Shown in pieces: positions 42,352 through 52,047 of a stretch of DNA of 62,064 nucleotides. Every line of letters starts with the position of its first letter. Positions within the stretch are counted from its first letter, which is position 1. The stretch spans positions 1 through 62,064 of the forward strand of contig CADCRE010000034.1 of the NCBI GenBank assembly GCA_902803785.1, read 5' to 3'. The translations under genes and the position numbers were made by a program. The notes beneath the pieces were generated by a model, which worked only from the letters and a program-made list of their open reading frames with translations, did no database searches and had not been told where the DNA came from. The DNA comes from an uncultured Erysipelotrichaceae bacterium (GTDB lineage: Bacteria > Bacillota_I > Bacilli_A > Erysipelotrichales > Erysipelotrichaceae).

Positions 42352-43204
42352 ACAGTATCTCTTAGGAATGTATGAGAAGGCAGTTCCCGCAGAACTGCCT
42401 TTAGAAGAGAAATTACGGGCCTGTAAGACGGCGGGTTTCGACTGGATGGAGATCTCGATCGATGAGACCGATGAAAAGATCTCCCGTCTCTACTGGTCCA
42501 AGCAAGAGAAGGAAGCTCTGAAGAGAGCGATCGAAAAGACCGGACAGCCGATCTATACGATGTGCTTCTCGGCACAGAGAAAGTATTCTCTGGGATCCTT
42601 AGGCAAGGAGAAACACGAGAAGGCCATGGAGATCATGGAGAAGGCGATCGATTTCGCAGCCGATATCGGGATCCGTATCATCCAGCTGGCAGGCTATGAC
42701 TGTTACTACGAAGAAGCAGGAGAAGATACCAGGAACGAGTTCATCAAGAACCTGAAGATCGCGACCCGAATGGCTGCGAAAAAAGGCGTCGTCATGGGCT
42801 TTGAGACGATGATGGACCGCGATTTCATCAATACCGTAGAGAAGGGTATGGAATTCGTAAACATCTGTCAGAGCCCGTATCTCGGCGTCTATCCGGATAT
42901 CGGAAACCTGGCGGCAGCCAGACACGACTACGGTTATGAGAAGTCTGTCGTCGATGACCTGCTTACCGGCAAGGGACATATCGTTGCGGCACATCTGAAG
43001 GAAACGAAACCGAAGAAGGACCGCTCCAATCCTTGGGGCACCGGTCTGACGGACTATGTGACAGACATCAAGGTCCTGAAGGATATGGGCGTACGGATGT
43101 TCAACGGTGAGTTCTGGTGTGACCATCCGGAAAGATGGGAAGACTGGCTGAAAGAATCCAACGATTTCCTCAGATCCAAACTGGACGAGGCCTTTGATGA
43201 TTAA
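42338..43204 (+). CDS. ulaE: L-ribulose-5-phosphate 3-epimerase (UlaE/SgbU)
   Basis: ORF 42269..43204 trimmed to the ATG at 42338 ([17 protein letters not shown]). Collinear with E. coli UlaE ([28 protein letters not shown]). Confidence 0.88.
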   Translation: MGKTRQYLLGMYEKAVPAELPLEEKLRACKTAGFDWMEISIDETDEKISRLYWSKQEKEALKRAIEKTGQPIYTMCFSAQRKYSLGSLGKEKHEKAMEIMEKAIDFAADIGIRIIQLAGYDCYYEEAGEDTRNEFIKNLKIATRMAAKKGVVMGFETMMDRDFINTVEKGMEFVNICQSPYLGVYPDIGNLAAARHDYGYEKSVVDDLLTGKGHIVAAHLKETKPKKDRSNPWGTGLTDYVTDIKVLKDMGVRMFNGEFWCDHPERWEDWLKESNDFLRSKLDEAFDD

Positions 43205-43991
43205 ACTCATCGCCTGCGATCTGGACGGAACGGTCTTTGACGATCACAAGAACATCGATTCGGATCTGAAGGATGTCGTAGACCGATTAAGAGACAACGG
43301 CATCGAATTCACGGTCGTATCCGGTCGAAGCAAGGAACTCTTAAAAAAGGTACTGGATCACTTCGAGATCGACGTGCCGTACATGACCAATAACGGCGCA
43401 GATATCTTCAGAGGAGATGAATGCATCTGTATTGATGGGGTCCCATCGGACCTGGTCAACGAGATGTGCAGGATCCTCTATGAGAATGGGATCGTCTTTC
43501 GAGCCTATTCCCACAGGTGTATCTACCGCTGGGGAGATTCGGCCTTCTTCACCGCGAGACTGGGCACGCTCCAGCGGACGAATGAGCCTTACGATCCGGG
43601 TGAAGATTATTCCGGAAAAGGCATCATCAAGATCACGGGCGACTTTACGGATCATCCGGAGCTTCTGGAACCGTTAAAGAAAAAGATCCTGTCTCATCCG
43701 GAACTGGCCTTCACGAAGGCAGAGGGAAATATCTACTGTATCAACAGTATCACAGCCAATAAAGGTACAGCTTTACAGAGAGTCTCTGACTGTCTGAAGA
43801 TCGACATCAAAGATACGATGGCCTTCGGAGACAGTGAGAACGATCTGGAGATGCTGAAGAGGGCAGGCGTCGGTGTGGCTATGGCCAATGCCGACGAGAA
43901 TGTGAAGACACAGGCAGACTTTGTCTGCGGTGACAACAATCACAACGGAGTTTCATCCTTTCTGAAGGAATACTTCAAGGAACTGTTTTAA
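43194..43991 (+). CDS. Cof-type HAD-IIB sugar phosphatase
   Basis: IACDLDGTV motif I, GDSENDLEML motif IV. 265 aa. Overlaps the ulaE 3' end. Confidence 0.8.
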   Translation: MMIKLIACDLDGTVFDDHKNIDSDLKDVVDRLRDNGIEFTVVSGRSKELLKKVLDHFEIDVPYMTNNGADIFRGDECICIDGVPSDLVNEMCRILYENGIVFRAYSHRCIYRWGDSAFFTARLGTLQRTNEPYDPGEDYSGKGIIKITGDFTDHPELLEPLKKKILSHPELAFTKAEGNIYCINSITANKGTALQRVSDCLKIDIKDTMAFGDSENDLEMLKRAGVGVAMANADENVKTQADFVCGDNNHNGVSSFLKEYFKELF

Positions 43992-44010
43992 GACGGATTA
44001 GATCCGTCTT
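43990..44010 (+). terminator. weak terminator-like hairpin
   Basis: AAGACGGAT pairs with ATCCGTCTT and overlaps the stop codon. The T-run is poor. Confidence 0.4.
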
Positions 44011-44069
44011 TCATATGCGATAATAGTAGTAGAAACGAATCTTTTTAAAAGATTCAAAAGGAGTACATA

Positions 44070-45767
44070 ATGAACGCATTAGAAAAATATCAGGAATGGC
44101 TGGAACGGATGGATCATAACGATCCTCTGTATCAGGAACTGCTGGACATAGCGGATGATGAAACTGAAATAGAAGAAAGGTTCTATCAGTATATCACCTT
44201 CGGTACGGCAGGACTCAGAGGAAAGCTGAAAGCCGGAACCAACTGTATGAACGTATACATGGTCGGAAGAGCGACACAGGGTATCGCCAACTTCATCAAG
44301 AAGCACGGACAGGAAGCGATGGACAAGGGTGTTGTCATCGCCCATGACTGCCGTCATAAATCAAGAGAGTTCTGTCTTCTGACCGCATCGATCCTGGCGG
44401 CCAACGGTATCAAGGCTTACATCTATCCGTCCTTAAGAACGACACCGCAGCTGGCTTATTCCATCGGGATGCTGCATACCATCTCCGGTATCAATATCAC
44501 GGCTTCTCACAATCCGCAGGACTACAACGGATACAAGGCTTACTGGGAAGATGGATGTCAGGTCAGTTCCGGTATCGCAGACGGCATGCTGGAAGAGATC
44601 GAGAAGGTCGATGAATTCGACGGTGTGCTGAAAGCTGATTTTGACGAGTGTGTCAAGGAAGGAAAGATCGTCGTCCTGGATGAGAGCTATGACCGCAGAT
44701 ATATCGATCACGTAAAATCACTGGCGATCCACGACGGTGACGATGAACTGGATCTGGATATCCCATTGATCTATACGCCGCTCAACGGCTGCGGCAAGAT
44801 GCCGTTTGAAGCAGTCATGAACGAAAGAGGATTCCGCAACTGGCGTTTTGTCGAGGAACAGAAAGATCCGGATCCTGACTTCACGACTGTCGGCTATCCG
44901 AACCCGGAAGATCCGAAGGCCTTCAAGCTTTCCGAAGAACTGGGAAGAAAAGTCGGCGCAGAACTTCTGATGGCGACCGACCCGGACGGAGACCGTTTTG
45001 CGATCGAGCTTAGAAACGATAAAGGGGAATACGTTCCATTGAACGGAAACCAGACCGGTTATCTCCTTGTAAATTACATCCTGGAGGGCAGAAAGGACGC
45101 CGGTACGCTTCCAAGCAACGGAGCCATGGTGAAATCCATCGTTACCAGTACGATGTCTACAGAGATCGCAAAAGCCTACGGTGTGAAGATGTTTGAAGCA
45201 CTGACCGGTTTCAAGAACATCTGCGGAAGGATCCCGTTCCTGAAAGAGAACGGATATACCTATCTGTTCGGTTATGAAGAGTCCATCGGTTATGCGGCAT
45301 CTCCGGAGATCAGAGACAAGGACGGTATCTCCGCAGGCATGCTGGTAGCGGAAGCTGCTGCATACTACCGCAAACAGGGGAAGACCCTCTTTGATGTCCT
45401 GCAGGAACTGTATCAGAAATACGGTTACTATGCAGAAGATGAACCGAACCTGATCCTCGAAGGCATCGAAGGAAGTGCGCGTATCAAGAGGATGATGACC
45501 TATGTCAGAGAAAATCTGCCGACAGAAGTCGCAGGGATTAAAGTAGAAAAGATCGTAGACTATATCAACGGATATGAAGATATCCCGGCATCCAATGTAT
45601 TGCGTTTCTACCTGGAAGACGGTTCCTGGTTTGCGATCCGTCCGTCCGGAACAGAACCGAAGATCAAGTTCTACTTCTACACCTGCCAGGATTCCAGAGA
45701 GAAGGCTTTGAATGTCAACGGAAGGATCAAAGGAGATATCCTTGCGCTCGTAAACAGAGTCGAATAA
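44070..45767 (+). CDS. phosphoglucomutase/phosphomannomutase family phospho-sugar mutase
   Basis: 565 aa. Active-site ITASHNP, Mg loop DPDGDR, and GEESIG-like YEESIGY. Confidence 0.9.
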   Translation: MNALEKYQEWLERMDHNDPLYQELLDIADDETEIEERFYQYITFGTAGLRGKLKAGTNCMNVYMVGRATQGIANFIKKHGQEAMDKGVVIAHDCRHKSREFCLLTASILAANGIKAYIYPSLRTTPQLAYSIGMLHTISGINITASHNPQDYNGYKAYWEDGCQVSSGIADGMLEEIEKVDEFDGVLKADFDECVKEGKIVVLDESYDRRYIDHVKSLAIHDGDDELDLDIPLIYTPLNGCGKMPFEAVMNERGFRNWRFVEEQKDPDPDFTTVGYPNPEDPKAFKLSEELGRKVGAELLMATDPDGDRFAIELRNDKGEYVPLNGNQTGYLLVNYILEGRKDAGTLPSNGAMVKSIVTSTMSTEIAKAYGVKMFEALTGFKNICGRIPFLKENGYTYLFGYEESIGYAASPEIRDKDGISAGMLVAEAAAYYRKQGKTLFDVLQELYQKYGYYAEDEPNLILEGIEGSARIKRMMTYVRENLPTEVAGIKVEKIVDYINGYEDIPASNVLRFYLEDGSWFAIRPSGTEPKIKFYFYTCQDSREKALNVNGRIKGDILALVNRVE

Positions 45768-45772
45768 GAAAT

Positions 45773-45799
45773 AAGCCGGAAATTATCCGGCTTTCGTTT
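45773..45799 (+). terminator. intrinsic terminator of the mutase gene
   Basis: AAGCCGGA pairs with TCCGGCTT, followed by TCGTTT. Confidence 0.7.
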
Positions 45800-45805
45800 A
45801 ACGTA

Positions 45806-45840
45806 TGAAAGAAAAGCACCCATCAGAGGATGAGTGCTTT
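45806..45840 (-). terminator. intrinsic terminator of the nucleoside ABC operon
   Basis: AAGCACTCATC pairs with GATGGGTGCTT on the minus strand, followed by TTTCTTTC. Confidence 0.7.
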
Positions 45841-45848
45841 TTAAACTG

Positions 45849-46778
45849 TTATTCAGCAGCTTTACCTTTTTCGATCCTGCGCTTCTTGTTGATCTTGTAG
45901 ATGTTCGTCAGGATGATCGCAAGGATAGTAGCCAGATAAGGGATCATATCCAGGAATTCGGTCGGGAATTTCGTCTGGGACTTCATCGTCGTTGCCAGAG
46001 ATGTCGTAGCACCGAAGAGTAAGGATACCAGAGCGGAACCTAACGGAGAACCGTTGGCCATGTTCTGAGCAGACAGACCGATGTAACCACGTCCGGAAGT
46101 CATGCCTTTCATAAAGAAGGAGACCCAGGACATGGACAGGAAGGTACCTGCCAGACCGGAGAACAGACCGCAGAGCAGGAAGGCGATATAACCGACTTTT
46201 GTGACGGAGATACCGACCGATTCTGCAGCCATCGGGTTCTCACCGACAGAGCGGATTCTTAATCCGATCCTGGTCTTGTACAGCAGGAACCATACCAGGA
46301 AGATCGAAACGAACGCAAGATATGTCAGTAAACTGTGACCCGACAGGACCTTGCCAAGGAACGGAATGTCCTTGATCAGAGGGATATCGATATTAGGGAC
46401 CAGGTAGGAACGGAATGCAGCACCGGTAGTGGATTTATCACCCGTCATCAGATACATGACGAATACCGTGCCTCCGGTCGCCATCAGGTTGAAGGCGATC
46501 GTCGTAAGGTACAAGTCTGTTTTACCGGTCAGGTGGCTGAAACCGATGAACAGACCCGTGAGGATACCGACAGCGATACCGCCCAAGAGACCGGTTATCA
46601 TGCTTCCGCCGTAATGAGCGAAGGTAACAGCACCTAAAGCAGCACACAGGATCATACCTTCAATACCCATGTTGAACATTCCGGCATGTCTGTTGATCAA
46701 TGCAGCCAATGCCGCAAAGATCAGAGGAGTTGCCATCTTGATCGTATCAAATAAGAAAGCAGCAATATCTATTGTCAT
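45849..46778 (-). CDS. BMP-type (nucleoside) ABC transporter permease
   Basis: 309 aa polytopic. Family-typical GMFNMGIEGMIL N-terminal motif. Confidence 0.85.
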   Translation of the reverse strand: MTIDIAAFLFDTIKMATPLIFAALAALINRHAGMFNMGIEGMILCAALGAVTFAHYGGSMITGLLGGIAVGILTGLFIGFSHLTGKTDLYLTTIAFNLMATGGTVFVMYLMTGDKSTTGAAFRSYLVPNIDIPLIKDIPFLGKVLSGHSLLTYLAFVSIFLVWFLLYKTRIGLRIRSVGENPMAAESVGISVTKVGYIAFLLCGLFSGLAGTFLSMSWVSFFMKGMTSGRGYIGLSAQNMANGSPLGSALVSLLFGATTSLATTMKSQTKFPTEFLDMIPYLATILAIILTNIYKINKKRRIEKGKAAE

Positions 46779-47894
46779 TTATTTTGCCTCCTCTTTTGCC
46801 TGTAAGGCTTTCTTCTTCTCTTCCTCTTTCTGAACTTCGCGGAAGATCAGCTTGTTCTTGGTTCCGGACAGGAAGGATTCCGCAGCTACCAGCAGGATGA
46901 TGATACCCTGAATGACTGTGATGAATTCGTAAGGAATATCACCGGAAGTATTGACGACGTCAGCACCGATTCGGATATAGGCGAGGAACAGTGCACCGAT
47001 CGGAACAAGGATCGGGTTCTTCTTTGCCAGAACGGCGACGAGCAATCCGTCAAATCCGTGACCTGTCGTTGCCATCCACAGATAACGCTTATAGCTGTTC
47101 ATGATCTCAGTCGCACCGCCGATACCGGCAATAGCACCGCCAAGCAGCTGAGCTGCGAAGGAGATACCCAGAGTGGAGAAACCGACAGCCTTTGCGAATC
47201 TAGGGTTAGCACCGACCAGTCTCATCTTCCATCCAAAGGATGTCTTGAAGAACAGGATAGAAGCAATGACGACGAGGATCAGAGCGATGATGATACCGGA
47301 ACCGATCTTCAGACTTCCGAAGATGTTCGGAAGCTGCATGCTTTCAGGAATGATCTCGGAAGCGGTATAGCCGATCGTCGTATCACGCATGTGGTATCTC
47401 AGGATCCAGATCGCCAGCTGAGCGACAACGGAGTTGAGCATCAGGGATACGACAACGACGTTTGCGTTCAGTTTGCGGTCCATGATCGCCGGGATAAACG
47501 CCAGTACGACACCGACGATAGCACCGATGATCAGAAGCAACGGTACCATGACGATCATCGGCAGTGAATTACCGATCTTGACACCTACGAACGTGATGAT
47601 ACAGCCTGCCAGCATGAAGATACTTTCGCCGATCAGGTTGAACTTATTGACAGCATACATGAAACACATGGAGATACCGCAGATGATGAACGGTACAGCA
47701 AGGTTTATGATGGAACCGATTCGTCTTGGAGAAGAGAACGGTCCGAGAATGAATTGTTTGATGATGAATGCAGGATCGTCAGAGATCAGGAACAGGATCA
47801 ACAGCGCGACACCGTATGCGATCGCCATACCGGCAACGATACGGACGACTTCCATGATCGATTCGATCAGCTGTGTTTTACGTGAACCTTTCAT
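46779..47894 (-). CDS. BMP-type (nucleoside) ABC transporter permease
   Basis: 371 aa polytopic. Abuts the neighbouring permease gene with 0 nt spacing. Confidence 0.85.
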   Translation of the reverse strand: MKGSRKTQLIESIMEVVRIVAGMAIAYGVALLILFLISDDPAFIIKQFILGPFSSPRRIGSIINLAVPFIICGISMCFMYAVNKFNLIGESIFMLAGCIITFVGVKIGNSLPMIVMVPLLLIIGAIVGVVLAFIPAIMDRKLNANVVVVSLMLNSVVAQLAIWILRYHMRDTTIGYTASEIIPESMQLPNIFGSLKIGSGIIIALILVVIASILFFKTSFGWKMRLVGANPRFAKAVGFSTLGISFAAQLLGGAIAGIGGATEIMNSYKRYLWMATTGHGFDGLLVAVLAKKNPILVPIGALFLAYIRIGADVVNTSGDIPYEFITVIQGIIILLVAAESFLSGTKNKLIFREVQKEEEKKKALQAKEEAK

Positions 47895-49441
47895 AGCAGA
47901 CCCTCCATTTGTTTATCAGACATTTGTTTCAGACCGAGCATGTATTCACCGAGCTCTTCCTCAGAAACTTCATTGGCTTTCGGGAATGCCGCGACGACCT
48001 TTCCTTTTCTCATGACCAGAAGACGGTCGGAACACTCCAATACTTCGTTCAGGTCAGCAGAGATCAGGATCGTAGCGGTTCCTTCTTCTCTGGACTTTCT
48101 GACGATGGTCTTACGGATCATTTCAGCTGTACCGACGTCGATACCACGGGTCGGCTGGTTCGCCAGGATGAAGTTTGCACCGGAAGTGAATTCACGGGCA
48201 ACGACGACTTTTTGAACGTTACCGCCTGACAGCATCCTTACCGGCTGATCCGGTCCGTCACACATGATCTCGAAGTCCTTGATATGTTTCTCGACTTCTT
48301 CGTTGATCTTCTTGTCATTGACGAATAAGCCGTTCTTGTATTCCTTCTTGTCGAAACGGTCTGCCATGATATTCATCTTGATGGACATGTCACCGGCAAC
48401 GCCCTCGACCATACGGTCTTCGGCGATATAAGCCAATCCGTTGTCACGGATCTGTCTGACCGACATTCCCTTGATGGACTTGCCGTTGAGGATAATGTCA
48501 CCTTCGGCGAAGCCTTCCAGACCGGCGATGACTTCGGACAGTTCGCTCTGACCGTTTCCTTCGACGCCGGCAATACCGACGACTTCACCGGAACGGACAT
48601 TGAATGTAACTCCGTCGATAACGTGTTTTCCGAATGAATTTATACGAACGAGATCTTTGATCTCAAGAACGTTCTGCGCAATTTTCGGATCTTCCTTCTC
48701 GAACTTGAGGATGACGTCACGTCCGACCATGAGCCTGGAGATCTTGGATTCATCCAGATCCTTGGTGTCATAGGTGCCCATGCACTGACCTCTTCTAAGG
48801 ACAGTGACCTTGGAACAGATATGCATGACTTCTTCCAGCTTATGAGAAATGAAGATGATGGATACTCCGGAATCCCTTAACGCAAAGAGCTGTTCGAACA
48901 GTTCTTCCGTTTCCTGCGGAGTCAGGACTGCAGTCGGTTCATCCAGAATGAGGATCCTCGCGCCTTTTACCAATGCCTTCAGTATTTCTACCTTCTGCAT
49001 CTGTCCGACGGAAAGATCTTTAACTTTTGAGGTCGCATCGACCTTGAAATTGTACTTGTCGGCAATTTCCTGAGTCTTCTTGACAGCTCCCTGATAATCG
49101 AACAGACCGTTTTTCATCGGTTCGACACCGAGGGTAACGTTTTCCGCTACAGTCAATGACGGTAACAGCATGAAGTGCTGGTGCACCATACCGATACCTT
49201 TTGCAATAGCATCAAGAGGATTCTCGATCTTCGCCTCCTGACCGTTGATGTAGATCTTACCTTCCTGGCAGTCTTCCATACCGAACAGGATCTTCATCAA
49301 TGTCGTCTTACCGGCACCGTTTTCACCGACTAATGCGTGGATCTCGTTGGCACCGATACTGAAACTGATGTCCTTGTTGGCCATGAAGCCGTTGGGGTAG
49401 ATCTTGGTAATTCCTTCTAAGCGTAATACTTCTTCTGCCAC
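47891..49441 (-). CDS. ABC transporter ATP-binding protein, tandem ATPase domains
   Basis: 516 aa with a GTG start. Walker A GENGAGKTT, LSVGQMQKVEILKAL, and a second half with LSGGNVQKVVVARE. Confidence 0.9.
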   Translation of the reverse strand: MAEEVLRLEGITKIYPNGFMANKDISFSIGANEIHALVGENGAGKTTLMKILFGMEDCQEGKIYINGQEAKIENPLDAIAKGIGMVHQHFMLLPSLTVAENVTLGVEPMKNGLFDYQGAVKKTQEIADKYNFKVDATSKVKDLSVGQMQKVEILKALVKGARILILDEPTAVLTPQETEELFEQLFALRDSGVSIIFISHKLEEVMHICSKVTVLRRGQCMGTYDTKDLDESKISRLMVGRDVILKFEKEDPKIAQNVLEIKDLVRINSFGKHVIDGVTFNVRSGEVVGIAGVEGNGQSELSEVIAGLEGFAEGDIILNGKSIKGMSVRQIRDNGLAYIAEDRMVEGVAGDMSIKMNIMADRFDKKEYKNGLFVNDKKINEEVEKHIKDFEIMCDGPDQPVRMLSGGNVQKVVVAREFTSGANFILANQPTRGIDVGTAEMIRKTIVRKSREEGTATILISADLNEVLECSDRLLVMRKGKVVAAFPKANEVSEEELGEYMLGLKQMSDKQMEGLL

Positions 49442-49460
49442 AGTATTTCCCCCTGTTTCA

Positions 49461-49500
49461 AATAAAGCAAAGGGGAGCGGTTGAAAGGACCTACTCCCCT
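49461..49500 (-). promoter_or_regulatory. intra-operon hairpin after the SBP gene
   Basis: AGGGGAG pairs with CTCCCCT with a 16-nt loop, followed by TTGCTTTATTT on the minus strand. It lies between the SBP stop and the ATPase start. Confidence 0.45.
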
Positions 49501-49525
49501 AAGAAAATCAAATGCGTTCGATCAA

Positions 49526-50641
49526 TTACTGAACGGATGCGAGGTATTCGTCGTACTCTGCTTCGCTAGCGAAGTCGTAGTAAGACTTGACAGTGAGCTT
49601 GCCTGCCTTGATGTCGGCATTAGCCTGTGCCATAGCATCTCTCAGTTCCTGCGGAACGTTAGCCTTGAAGAAGTCGTTGTCAACGTAACCAACGGAATCA
49701 TCCTTCAGACCTAAAACGGAAACCTTCTTCCAAACATCTTCACCAGCTTCGATCTTGTGGACCATAGCAACCAGAGAGTTGCCGACTTCCTTCAGCATGG
49801 AAGTGATGATGACATCTGCGAATTCAGGGTTCTGACCGTCTTTGACAGTTGTGTACTGGTCGGAGTCAACACCGATAGCCCATGTACCAGTTTCGTAGCA
49901 AGCTTCGAACAGACCCATACCGGATCCACCAGCAACCTGGTAGAAGACATCGGCGTTCAGGTTTCTCTGCTGGTCTAAGCAGAGCTGCTTCATAGTAGCA
50001 GGGTCACCCCAAGGATGGTCACCACCGACAGCAGCCTTAACGACCTTGACGTCTGTACCGAACTGAGCGTTGTAATCCTTAACACCGTTTACATAACCTG
50101 TAACGAAGTCAGCGATAACAGGGTTGTCCTGACCGACGTTAACAGCGACCTGACCAGTCTTGGATAAACCGGCAGCCATGTAACCGACAAGGTAAGAACC
50201 TTCGTTCTGGGAGTAGAGGATAGCAGCCATGTTGTCAGGGATATTATCGAACGAATCATCGAAGATAATGAACTTGACATCTGGGTATTCAGCAGCCAGC
50301 TCTAAGCAGTAGTCTCTGTAGGAAGAAGAACCGATGATGAGGTTGTAGCCGGCATCGATAGCATCGTTGATCTGATCCTTGTACTTGGAAGAATCGTCAC
50401 CGATTTCGAATGTCTTCTGTTCGTAACCTTCGCCACGGAGCTGTTCCATACCTCTTTCGCCGGAATCAGCAAATGATTTGTCACCGAGGTGGCTTACGAA
50501 GTAAGCGATCTTCAGCGGAGCAGCTTCGCCGCCGCCTTCGCCGCCTTCCGGAGTAGTTTCGCCGCCGCCATTGTTCTTGTTACAACCAACAAGACTGAAG
50601 CAGAGCAGCAGAGCAGCTAAAACAGTAAGTAATTTTTTCAT
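49526..50641 (-). CDS. BMP-family (PnrA/NupN-like) substrate-binding lipoprotein
   Basis: Lipobox LLCFSLVGC, Gly/Glu-rich linker, BMP-family body. Codon usage typical of high expression. Confidence 0.88.
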   Translation of the reverse strand: MKKLLTVLAALLLCFSLVGCNKNNGGGETTPEGGEGGGEAAPLKIAYFVSHLGDKSFADSGERGMEQLRGEGYEQKTFEIGDDSSKYKDQINDAIDAGYNLIIGSSSYRDYCLELAAEYPDVKFIIFDDSFDNIPDNMAAILYSQNEGSYLVGYMAAGLSKTGQVAVNVGQDNPVIADFVTGYVNGVKDYNAQFGTDVKVVKAAVGGDHPWGDPATMKQLCLDQQRNLNADVFYQVAGGSGMGLFEACYETGTWAIGVDSDQYTTVKDGQNPEFADVIITSMLKEVGNSLVAMVHKIEAGEDVWKKVSVLGLKDDSVGYVDNDFFKANVPQELRDAMAQANADIKAGKLTVKSYYDFASEAEYDEYLASVQ

Positions 50642-50693
50642 TCTCTCTCCTTTTCTGTTTTTGAATTGAACTTCTCAATGAGAAGATAATTCC

Positions 50694-52046
50694 TTACTGA
50701 TCAGTGGTGAGATCTTTCACCCACCTGTATGAATATACCCTAATTATACCAACAATTGCCTCTAATACTATAATATTTTTAATGATTGCGACCACGATCC
50801 AAGGTTCTGTATGCAGGCGGAAGGCGCAGAATGCGGCTAACGGGATACAGATCATCCACATAACCACGATATCGGTGTAGAAACCGACCTGGCCTTCTCC
50901 GCCGGCTCTTAAGATAGATACCATCGTGACCATCTCGATCAGAGAGAACGGCCAGATGCAGGCGATGATGAGGATGAACTGTTTCGCATAGTGCAGCGCA
51001 TCCGGATCCAGACTGTAGAGCGACAGGAATCCGTCTCTTACAAGAAGAGTGATCGCAGACATCGCAAAGCCGATCCCTAAAGCGATCGCCAGGATGGAAT
51101 GAGCCTGTCTCTTGGCCTCTTCCTTCTCGCCTCTGCCCAGGGTCATACCTAACACGACGTTGGCGGCATTTAGGAAGCCATTTCCGACCGTCGCACATAA
51201 TTCATACAGTACATACATGACGTTGTATCCCGCGACAGCGGATTTTCCCAGCTGTCCGGTGATCATCGCTCCGCTGGAAGTTCCCAGAGACCATACGATC
51301 TCGTGAGCTACGATCGGTGCACTGACCTTGATCAGAGCTTTGCGCAGTTTCGGGTCGGAACGTTTCAGATCCTTCCACATAAACGGGATCGAAGGTTCCT
51401 TCAGGAAGAAGATACTGCAGAACAGGAACTCGATGAATCGGGCGATGACCGTTCCGATCGCAACGCCTCTGATCCCCAGTTCCGGGAATCCGAACCTTCC
51501 GAAGATCAGGAGATAGTCTAATAGGATATTGACGCTGTAGGAGACGATGTTGCTGGCGAGGATGATCCTGACCTGTTCGATGCCTCGGCTGATCCCGAAG
51601 ATCATGTTGGAGATGCCGAACATGGTATACATCAGGGAGATCCTGCGCAGGTGCTGCGCTCCGATGGATATGATCGTCGGATCGGAAGAATAGATCCGCA
51701 TGAATATCTGCGGGAATGCGCCGACCAGGACCGATACGATCAGGCCGAAGACGGTGATGATCCGTAGGCCATGTGCTGCGATCGTACAGATGCTTTCGTA
51801 ATCCTTCTTGCCCCAATGCTGGGAGATCAGGACACAGCAGCCGGCAGAGAAACCGTTGCAGATCGTCGAGAAGACGAAGAAGATCTGATTCGCCTGCGAT
51901 AAAGCGGACATCTGGATCTGATCGATACTTCCCAGCATCAGCGAGTCGACGGTATCGACGGAGATCTTCAGCAGCTGCTGCAGAAAGATCGGGAGCATCA
52001 GCCGAAACAGATGTCGGTAGAAGTCTTTGTTTCTGGAAAGATCCAT
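50694..52046 (-). CDS. MATE-family efflux transporter
   Basis: 450 aa with 12 TM helices. N-terminal LFRLMLPIFLQQLL MATE motif. Confidence 0.85.
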   Translation of the reverse strand: MDLSRNKDFYRHLFRLMLPIFLQQLLKISVDTVDSLMLGSIDQIQMSALSQANQIFFVFSTICNGFSAGCCVLISQHWGKKDYESICTIAAHGLRIITVFGLIVSVLVGAFPQIFMRIYSSDPTIISIGAQHLRRISLMYTMFGISNMIFGISRGIEQVRIILASNIVSYSVNILLDYLLIFGRFGFPELGIRGVAIGTVIARFIEFLFCSIFFLKEPSIPFMWKDLKRSDPKLRKALIKVSAPIVAHEIVWSLGTSSGAMITGQLGKSAVAGYNVMYVLYELCATVGNGFLNAANVVLGMTLGRGEKEEAKRQAHSILAIALGIGFAMSAITLLVRDGFLSLYSLDPDALHYAKQFILIIACIWPFSLIEMVTMVSILRAGGEGQVGFYTDIVVMWMICIPLAAFCAFRLHTEPWIVVAIIKNIIVLEAIVGIIRVYSYRWVKDLTTDQ

Positions 52047-52047
52047 A

